Assembly: GCA_041688815.1 (NCBI GenBank) | Contig: JBDNHK010000023.1 | Location: 5,069 to 69,068, forward strand | Source: Acidimicrobiales bacterium | GTDB taxonomy: Bacteria; Actinomycetota; Acidimicrobiia; Acidimicrobiales; Acidimicrobilacustridaceae | Direction of reading: 5' to 3' | Length of the DNA stretch: 64,000 bases | Shown: in pieces, positions 57,021 to 64,000 of the stretch | Numbering within the stretch: position 1 is the first letter of the stretch | Layout: each line of letters starts with the position of its first letter | Program-made: the position numbers and the translations under genes | The notes under the pieces: model-generated | The model's input: only the letters and a program-made list of their open reading frames with translations | What the model was told of the DNA's origin: nothing | The model's database searches: none

Positions 57021-58229
57021 GTGGAAGCCCCCCGAGATGCAGTACGAGAGAGGCCCATCGTGGACCCGTCTGCCGATGCCGTGCTCGATCCCCCCGTCGA
57101 GGGGGCCACCGCGCGGCCCAAGGTGAAGGCGCCCTTCGAGCGCACCCCCGAGGAGAAGGTGAACTGGAAGGCGTCGATCCCTTTCCTGCTCGTCCATGTA
57201 CTCGCCGTCATGGGCACCCTCTGGTTCGGCATCACGGCGAAGTCGCTCGCGCTGTTCCTGGCGATGTTCTGGGTGCGCATGTTCTTCATCACCGGCGGCT
57301 ATCACCGCTACTTCGCCCATCGCACCTACAAGACGAATCGGGCCTGGCAGCTCGTGCTGGCCGTGGGTGGCGCCACCTCGGCCCAGAAGGGGCCTCTGTG
57401 GTGGGCTGGTCACCATCGCAACCATCATCGCTATAGCGACACCGAGCTCGACATCCACTCACCGCTGCGGGGCTTCTGGTGGAGCCATGTGGGCTGGATC
57501 CTGTGCGACCGCTACGACGAGATCCCCCACGACCGCATCCGTGACTTCGCCAAGTTCCCCGAGCTGCGCTTCGTCGAGAAGTGGAACGGTCTCTTCCCAT
57601 GGCTGCTGGGCACCGCCTGCACGCTGGTCGCTGGCTGGTCGGGACTCTTCTTCAGCTTCATGCTCGGCACCGTGGTGCTGTGGCACTCCACGTTCCTGGT
57701 CAACAGCCTCGCCCACGTCTCCGGGCGCCGGCGCTTCGTCACCGACGACACCAGCCGCAACAACCTCTTCATCTCCCTGCTGACGTTGGGGGAGGGGTGG
57801 CACAACAACCACCACCACTACCAGGCCGCGGCCCGCAACGGCTTCTTCTGGTGGGAGATCGACGTCACCTGGTACATCCTGAAGGCCATGAGCTGGGTCG
57901 GTCTGGTGAAGGACCTGAAGGTGCCGACCAAGGAGATCCTCGAGGCCGATCGGATCAAGGACGGCAACTTCGACGTCGGCATGTTCAAGTATCACTGGGC
58001 CCGCGCTCAGGCCGAGGTGGCCCACGCTCGGGTGGACGATCGGATCGAGGTGGCCTGCGCCGATGCCCACGATCCCGCCGTGGTGGCTCGGCGCGATGCG
58101 CTCGAGCTGGCTCTCGAGACCGAGAAGGTGGCCATCGACGAGCGGCTGCACGCCGCCGTCGCCTCGGCCGAGGCCCTGGCCGGCGTCGCCCGCCGCGGGT
58201 CGCGCCAGCTCACCGTTCACGGGTCCTGA
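57021..58229 (+). CDS. Membrane acyl-CoA (delta-9-like) desaturase
   Basis: His boxes HRYFAH, HHRNHH, HNNHH; helical C-terminal extension; start uncertain. Confidence 0.93.
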   Translation: MEAPRDAVRERPIVDPSADAVLDPPVEGATARPKVKAPFERTPEEKVNWKASIPFLLVHVLAVMGTLWFGITAKSLALFLAMFWVRMFFITGGYHRYFAHRTYKTNRAWQLVLAVGGATSAQKGPLWWAGHHRNHHRYSDTELDIHSPLRGFWWSHVGWILCDRYDEIPHDRIRDFAKFPELRFVEKWNGLFPWLLGTACTLVAGWSGLFFSFMLGTVVLWHSTFLVNSLAHVSGRRRFVTDDTSRNNLFISLLTLGEGWHNNHHHYQAAARNGFFWWEIDVTWYILKAMSWVGLVKDLKVPTKEILEADRIKDGNFDVGMFKYHWARAQAEVAHARVDDRIEVACADAHDPAVVARRDALELALETEKVAIDERLHAAVASAEALAGVARRGSRQLTVHGS

Positions 58230-58288
58230 GCACCGGTGGGGCTGATGCCGCCGTTGTTCGGTGCGTCGGGCTCGGTACGGTTGTTGTC

Positions 58289-58903
58289 GTGTTGCCTTCT
58301 GCGCCGAGCGGCCTCGTCCGACCCGCCTCCGATGTTCACCTGACCAAAGCCCGGGCTCGGGCCGACCAGGCCTTCGTCGTGCTGTCGAAGCTCGTGCCGC
58401 TCGCGGTGCGGGTGGTGCGCCTCGTGCGGGCCTACACCGTGGCCGTGGCCGTGGCCGCAGGGGTCATCCTGTTGTCCGCCATCTGGATCGTCTGGCCCTC
58501 GTCCTTGGCCGACGTCGCCGGACTGGGCGTGCTCGTCGCTCTGCTCTGTGTTCCGATCGTCGTGCTGTGGCTCTTCGGTTCGGCCCTGCGCGAGGTGGTG
58601 GAGCTGCCGAGCCACCTCGGTTCGGTGCCTGATCTGGCCAAGGCCCACGGCACCGAACTCGCGGGTCTCGTCCGCACGGCCCAGGCCCGGGAGAACCGCA
58701 CCCGGGTGCGTCCCGGGGATGCGTGGCGGGCGGGCCGGCTGCTGCTGGTGGCCCGTCGCGACCTGCCCGGCTACGGAGCGGTGCTCACGTTGGTGAGCCC
58801 CGCGTTCCTGTTGGTCTCGTTGGCTGCCGCGCTCGCTGGTGTCTGGTTCATCGTGATGGCCGTCCCCACGCTCGCTACCGCCCTCGCCGTCGCCGTCTTC
58901 TGA
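58289..58903 (+). CDS. Hypothetical membrane protein
   Basis: Three to four hydrophobic helices; start uncertain. Confidence 0.55.
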   Translation: MLPSAPSGLVRPASDVHLTKARARADQAFVVLSKLVPLAVRVVRLVRAYTVAVAVAAGVILLSAIWIVWPSSLADVAGLGVLVALLCVPIVVLWLFGSALREVVELPSHLGSVPDLAKAHGTELAGLVRTAQARENRTRVRPGDAWRAGRLLLVARRDLPGYGAVLTLVSPAFLLVSLAAALAGVWFIVMAVPTLATALAVAVF

Positions 58904-58936
58904 GGGGTCGGCTTCGGGCCTCACTACTCTCGGGCC

Positions 58937-59737
58937 ATGGACGACCAGTTGGAGTGGAACTCGGCCCTCGTCACCGGCGCTTCGAGCGGCATCGGTGAGG
59001 CCATCGCCCGTGACCTGGCCCGGCGGGGGGTCGGCCACCTGATCCTGGTGGCGAGGCGCGCCGACGTGCTCGAGCACCTTGCCTCGGACCTACGACGCGA
59101 CCACGGCACCGATGTCGAGGTGCTGGCCGCCGACCTGGCCGTCGAAGGCGAACGGCGGACGGTGCAGGAGCGTCTCGCCGACTCCTCGCGGCCGGTCGAC
59201 CTGCTGGTCAACAACGCCGGGTTCGGCACCTCGGGGCGCTTCGCCTATCTCGACGCCGCCACCGAGGAGCGTGAGGTGCTGGTCAACGTGGTGGCCCTCC
59301 AACAGCTCACCCGCGCCGCTTTGCCCGGCATGCTCCTGCGGCGCCGGGGAGCCGTGCTCAACGTGGCGTCGATGGCCACGTTCGTCCCGTTGCCGTCGAT
59401 GGCCACCTACGGCGCCACCAAGGCGTTCGTCACCAGCTTCAGCGAGGCCCTGCACGAGGAGACCCGGGGCACCGGCGTCACCGTCACCGCGTCGCTCCCC
59501 GGCTTCACGCGCACCGAGTTCGCGGACCAGCTCGAGGACGCCTCCCAGGACGAGGTCCCCGACTTCATGTGGATGTCGGCCGCGGACGTGGCCGCCGAGA
59601 GTGTCGAGGGGTCCCGGCGGGGAAAGGCCCTCGTCGTGCCCGGTGTGGGCAACCGCGTGGCGGCGGTGGCGGTCTGGCCGCTGCCCCGAACGCTGCGCCG
59701 TCGTGGCGTCGGGCTCGTGCAGGCGCTTCGGCGCTGA
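58937..59737 (+). CDS. Short-chain dehydrogenase/reductase
   Basis: TGASSGIG, NNAG, NVAS, YGATK. Confidence 0.95.
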   Translation: MDDQLEWNSALVTGASSGIGEAIARDLARRGVGHLILVARRADVLEHLASDLRRDHGTDVEVLAADLAVEGERRTVQERLADSSRPVDLLVNNAGFGTSGRFAYLDAATEEREVLVNVVALQQLTRAALPGMLLRRRGAVLNVASMATFVPLPSMATYGATKAFVTSFSEALHEETRGTGVTVTASLPGFTRTEFADQLEDASQDEVPDFMWMSAADVAAESVEGSRRGKALVVPGVGNRVAAVAVWPLPRTLRRRGVGLVQALRR

Positions 59738-59770
59738 AGCGTTTCCGGGCTCAGGTTTCCGGGCGCCCGG

Positions 59771-60760
59771 CTAGAGACGGGCGCCGTGGGCGCGGAGCTT
59801 GTCGATGCGGTGGCGGGCGTTGACGAGTCGCACCGTTCCCGACTTCGACCGCATCACCAGCGACTGGGTGGTCGCCCCCCCGGCGTCGAAGTGGACGCCC
59901 TTCAGCAGGTCGCCGTCGGTGATGCCGGTGGCCGCGAAGAAGCAGTTGTCGCCGGCCACCAGGTCATCGGTGTGGAGCACCCGCTCGAGGTCGTACCCGA
60001 GGGCCACGGCCGCCGCCCGCTCGGCGTCGTCCCGGGGCCACAGACGGCCCTGGAGCTCACCACCCATGCACTTGAGCGCAGCGGCGGCGATGACCCCTTC
60101 GGGGGTGCCGCCGATCCCGAACAGGACATCGGCTCCCGAATCGGGCCAGGCCGTCGAGATGGCTCCGGCCACGTCGCCGTCAGGGATCAGTCGGATGCGG
60201 GCGCCGGCTCGACGGACCTCGGTGATGAGGTCGTCGTGGCGGTCGCGCTCGAGGATCACCACGGTGAGCTCGGCCACCTCGACGCGCTTGGCCCGGGCCA
60301 TGGCCTGGAGGTTCTCGGTGGCTGACGCGGTGATGTCGATCACACCGACCAGGTCGGGGCCGACAGCGATCTTCTCCATGTAGACGAACGGCCCCGGATC
60401 GAACATCGTCCCCTGCTCGGAGAGGGCGATGACCGCCAGCGCGTTGCTGCGTCCCTTGGCGGTGAGGGTGGTGCCGTCGATGGGGTCGACGGCGATGTCA
60501 ACTGCGGGCGGGGTGCCGTCGCCGATCCGCTCGCCGTTGTACAGCATGGGCGCCTCGTCCTTCTCGCCCTCACCGATGACCACCACGCCGTCCATGGGCA
60601 CGGTGTCGAGGACGAGGCGCATGGCGTCGACGGCGGCGCCGTCGGCGGCATCCTTGTCGCCACCCCCCACCCATCGGCCCGCCGCCATCGCCGCGGCCTC
60701 GGTGACCCTGACCAGGTCGAGGGCCACGTTGCGGTCGGGGATCTCACGGGCTTCAGTCAT
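59771..60760 (-). CDS. glpX: Class II fructose-1,6-bisphosphatase
   Basis: [48 protein letters not shown]. Confidence 0.97.
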   Translation of the reverse strand: MTEAREIPDRNVALDLVRVTEAAAMAAGRWVGGGDKDAADGAAVDAMRLVLDTVPMDGVVVIGEGEKDEAPMLYNGERIGDGTPPAVDIAVDPIDGTTLTAKGRSNALAVIALSEQGTMFDPGPFVYMEKIAVGPDLVGVIDITASATENLQAMARAKRVEVAELTVVILERDRHDDLITEVRRAGARIRLIPDGDVAGAISTAWPDSGADVLFGIGGTPEGVIAAAALKCMGGELQGRLWPRDDAERAAAVALGYDLERVLHTDDLVAGDNCFFAATGITDGDLLKGVHFDAGGATTQSLVMRSKSGTVRLVNARHRIDKLRAHGARL

Positions 60761-60850
60761 CCGGGGAGAGTAGTTCCCTTCGCGACAGCGCGGCCTTTGC
60801 ACCGGACCCATGGCCGCACCGGGCGGGGCCGGTCCGGCCATACTTCTCCG

Positions 60851-61516
60851 ATGTCCGAGAATCAACGCCGCGTGCCGCCACCCGGCCTCGATCCAGCGAC
60901 CCGAGTCGACGTCGACCGCAACGAGGCGCAGCCCGATGACGGCGTGGCCACCGATAGTGCGGTCGACGAGACGCGAACCGAGTTCGCCCTCGACGAGTGG
61001 GCGGTCGAGGACCGGGCCCTCCTCGACCAGCTCCTGATCGGCGAGGAGATCCCCCACACCTGGCAGGGGGCGGTGCTGGTGGTGTCCGCCGGTTCGCAGT
61101 TCGTGGTCGACGAGTTGATCGACGCCGTCGAGGATGGTGCCGTGGTGGAACCGGAGGGGTCCACGTCCGATGCCGGCCGTGACGCCGACGCGGCCGACGG
61201 GGAGTGGGACGAGGAATGGGACGACGGCGTCGACGCCCAGGAGGTGCTCGGCGGGGTGTTCATCGCCGCGGACCGGCTCCGCCGACGGGCCAACGACCCC
61301 GAGGGGGTGCTGGCTCTGGTCGAGCTCGCCGACACCGTGGCCTCCATGAGCTTGCCCTTCGGCTTCGACCAGGCGGTGTGGGCCGACCTGGTCGGCGCCG
61401 TCGGAGTGCTCGCGGCGGCGCTCACCGCCGATGAGGGCAACGGGGCTGATGTCGGCGCCGAGGCGATCGAAGCGCTCGCCGACGACCTCCGGGCGCGGCT
61501 GAGGCCGCTCGTCTGA
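60851..61516 (+). CDS. Acidic hypothetical protein
   Basis: Asp/Glu-rich; small alpha/beta segment (LDEW...IPHTWQG) then an all-helical C-terminal segment. Confidence 0.7.
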   Translation: MSENQRRVPPPGLDPATRVDVDRNEAQPDDGVATDSAVDETRTEFALDEWAVEDRALLDQLLIGEEIPHTWQGAVLVVSAGSQFVVDELIDAVEDGAVVEPEGSTSDAGRDADAADGEWDEEWDDGVDAQEVLGGVFIAADRLRRRANDPEGVLALVELADTVASMSLPFGFDQAVWADLVGAVGVLAAALTADEGNGADVGAEAIEALADDLRARLRPLV

Positions 61517-61537
61517 CCCCCGATAACCTCGGGAACC

Positions 61538-62257
61538 GTGGTGGTGCTCGCCGAACTCGAGGTCTTCTGCTCCCGCGCCCACGCGCCCACGCGGCGGGTG
61601 GCGCTCGGCGCCTCCGACCTCCCTTGCGAACCTGCGCCCGGGTTCGGGGGGGTGCTGCTGGCGGGCATCGTGGCCGAGCACGTGGCCGAGATCGATCCCG
61701 ACCACATCGCCGACATCAAGCTTCTCACCCGAGAGCTCGAGCAGGGCCGGCAGATCCCCCAACCCCGCCTGCGCCATCGGCTCCAGGTCGACACCGTCGG
61801 CTTGAGCGCGGCGCACCACCGGCTCTTGGGCGACGGGGAGCGTTTGTGGTTCGAGTTCGATGACACCGGGGCGCCCGAGCAGCAGGTGCTCGGCGCGATC
61901 TACGCCGCCGGCACCCTCGAACCGCACGTCATCCGTGTCGTGATGACCGCCTTGCGCAAGGCCACGAGATGGGCGGGCCCGGTGGGCGACGACTTCATCG
62001 CCGTGGTGGCCGGGGGCAAGCGCGGCACCTCGTTCAACCGCACTGCGGTCGAGAACCCCACCGCTTGGGCCCTCGGGGTGATGGGGTTCGTGGCGTCGGG
62101 CGCCGCCGCCGTCGCCGCCCCGCCCACGCCAGACGTCGTGCGCCGCTACCGCGAGCTGCTCCGCAAGGCCCATCCCGATCACGGCGCCCAGAACGACGGT
62201 GCCGCTCAGCGCATCGCCGACCTGAGCGAGGCCCGCCGGATCCTCACCGGACGCTGA
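61538..62257 (+). CDS. Protein with C-terminal J-domain (class C JDP) and unknown N-terminal domain
   Basis: [15 protein letters not shown]...[12 protein letters not shown] with HPD motif. Confidence 0.82.
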   Translation: MVVLAELEVFCSRAHAPTRRVALGASDLPCEPAPGFGGVLLAGIVAEHVAEIDPDHIADIKLLTRELEQGRQIPQPRLRHRLQVDTVGLSAAHHRLLGDGERLWFEFDDTGAPEQQVLGAIYAAGTLEPHVIRVVMTALRKATRWAGPVGDDFIAVVAGGKRGTSFNRTAVENPTAWALGVMGFVASGAAAVAAPPTPDVVRRYRELLRKAHPDHGAQNDGAAQRIADLSEARRILTGR

Positions 62258-62340
62258 GCCGACGATCGAGGTTCGGGTTCGCGCCTCACCGCCACTCCCC
62301 GATAGGGCCCGACCGGCCCGGTAGCGTCGGGCCCGAGGAG

Positions 62341-63549
62341 GTGGACCGGTTGGCCGATCGTGTTCCCAGGTTGGTGGTCACCCCAGGGTCCATCGTGCGG
62401 GCCGTGCTGCTCGTGGCCGGGTGGATGCTGGCCCTCACCGTGCTGGCTCGGGCGCGGGGCCCCATCGTGCTCTTCGTGTTCGGGTTCGTTGCTGCCGCGG
62501 TCTTCTATCCGCTGGTGGTGCGGCTTCGCCGCCGGATGCCCACATGGGTCGCCGTGGTCGTCGTGTCGGTTCTGGTGGCGGTGGTCGTGGGGCTGGCCGG
62601 AGTGCGCATCTACGACGAGGTCAACGCCCAGGTCACCACGTTCGCCACGTCGATCGACGAGTCCGTCGCCCAGCTCGAGGCCAGCTCTCGCTACGGCGAC
62701 ATCGTCGAGCGCCTCGATCTGCGGTCGCGGGTCGAGCAGTTCACGAGCGGCTTGCGAGAGGACATGGCGATCGACGGATCCCGGCTGACGGAGCTCGCTC
62801 CCACCCTGGCCACACTGTCGGCCGACGTCTTCGTGATCTGGCTGTTCGCGGTGATGTTGTTGGCGTCGGGTCCCCAGTTCGTCCGGTCGTTCGTCGCGCT
62901 GTTCCCGGCGCCGGTCACGCAGCGTCGCGTGGGCCATGTCATACGGGTGGCCCACGGCCGCTCCGTCGCCTTTCTCGGCTTCATGGCCCTGCGGGCGGTC
63001 GGTTGGTTCGCGCTGGTGTACGTCGTGGCTCTCGTACTCGACCTGCGGGTACCCACCAGCCTGGCGTTGGTCGTCGGCCTCCTGAGCTTCATCCCTCGCT
63101 TCGGCGTGGTGATCGGGGCCCTGCCCGTCGCCGTGGTGGCGGCGTTGCGCTCACCAGACCTGGTCATCCCGGTCCTCGTCGTCGCCGTGGGCTTGCAGGC
63201 CTTCGACGCGACGTTCCTCCAGCGCCGGATCGAAGCCCGGTCCGTGGCGGTGGGGTCGCTGCCGCTGCTGGTCTCGGCCATGTTGGGCTGGGCGGTCGAG
63301 GGCACTCGTGGCCTCCTGCTCGGCGTCGTGGCCGCGGTTTTCCTCATCGCCGTGGCCGACGAGAGCCTGGCCATCCGCGACGGCGAGGTCCCCGATCCGG
63401 GGGCTGGGCTCGCCCCTGCGTCGGTCGGTTCCCCGAAGGCCTGTGAAGCTCCGGTCGTTGTCGAGCCGACACCGACCGACGTCGAGTCAGGGGCCGTGTC
63501 GGTGTCGACCGGGCCGGCGATGCTCGAGTCGGCGCCACCGGTCGCCTAG
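62341..63549 (+). CDS. AI-2E family transporter
   Basis: GAGGAG RBS; TM pattern, SFIPRFG..IG.LP, Q..D..LQ.RI. Confidence 0.85.
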   Translation: MDRLADRVPRLVVTPGSIVRAVLLVAGWMLALTVLARARGPIVLFVFGFVAAAVFYPLVVRLRRRMPTWVAVVVVSVLVAVVVGLAGVRIYDEVNAQVTTFATSIDESVAQLEASSRYGDIVERLDLRSRVEQFTSGLREDMAIDGSRLTELAPTLATLSADVFVIWLFAVMLLASGPQFVRSFVALFPAPVTQRRVGHVIRVAHGRSVAFLGFMALRAVGWFALVYVVALVLDLRVPTSLALVVGLLSFIPRFGVVIGALPVAVVAALRSPDLVIPVLVVAVGLQAFDATFLQRRIEARSVAVGSLPLLVSAMLGWAVEGTRGLLLGVVAAVFLIAVADESLAIRDGEVPDPGAGLAPASVGSPKACEAPVVVEPTPTDVESGAVSVSTGPAMLESAPPVA

Positions 63550-64000
63550 CGAAGGCGAACCCCGGTCTCCGCGAGCCTCGCCCGGGGGTTGGAACTCGCC
63601 CCGCATCTGCTGGGCCACCGCCTTGCTGGCGCCGATGACCGGGATGGCCAACAGTGCTCCGGGAACACCGGCGACGGCGAAGCCGGCGATGGCCCCGAGC
63701 ATCGTCACCGGCGCCGACACGTCGACGGCCCGGCCCACCAGCACGGGGAGGATGACGTTGTTGCTGAAGGTCATGTAGACGAAGAAGGAGACGCCCATGA
63801 TGATGGCGGTGGTGAGGCCCTGGGTGAGCGACACGGCCACGATGAGCACCCCACCGAGGAACCCACCGATCTGAGGGATCATGGCGGTGATGGTGGCCCA
63901 CACGGCCAGCACCGGGGTGAGGGGTACGCCGAGAGTGACGCCCCAGATCGCCACCCAGACGCCGTGGGCCGCAGCCTGCAACAGGTTGCCGACGAAGTAC
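63487..64000 (-). CDS. AI-2E family transporter, C-terminal part (cut by window edge)
   Basis: MIPQIGGFLG, NNVILP.LVGRAVDVS, G..GALLAIP. Confidence 0.82.
   Translation of the reverse strand, partial: YFVGNLLQAAAHGVWVAIWGVTLGVPLTPVLAVWATITAMIPQIGGFLGGVLIVAVSLTQGLTTAIIMGVSFFVYMTFSNNVILPVLVGRAVDVSAPVTMLGAIAGFAVAGVPGALLAIPVIGASKAVAQQMRGEFQPPGEARGDRGSPSLGDRWRRLEHRRPGRHRHGP

Noticed and set aside
1-64000. CRISPR array, IS element or prophage
   Set aside because: No regularly spaced repeats, transposase or phage genes seen.

Overview
Very GC-rich bacterial chromosomal segment whose gene content and synteny point to Actinomycetota, most likely Acidimicrobiia (inferred from the proteins, not from a database search). 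It holds about 60 genes, mostly housekeeping or lipid, envelope and cofactor metabolism (dxs, galU, moeA-moaA-moaC, glpX, uppP, sua5, tldD plus two tldE, nfuA-like, an Rv3521-ltp4-ltp3-like aldolase cassette), plus one tRNA-Ala(CGC). I saw no integrase, transposase, prophage or CRISPR array. The best candidate system is a bacterial herA-mre11(sbcD)-rad50(sbcC)-nurA operon in the archaeal gene order, with nurA apparently translationally coupled to a DrrAB-like ABC exporter. Other notable items are a GT2-GT2-sulfotransferase fusion beside a deacetylase, a TldD with two TldE paralogues, a 24-bp perfect palindrome before a desaturase, and an uncharacterised J-domain protein. Caveat: two zones (about 3.5-14.4 kb and 44.7-47.8 kb) contain many internal deletions, frameshifts and start/stop lesions while the other genes look intact. 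This is either local gene decay or assembly/read error, and it affects herA and nurA themselves.
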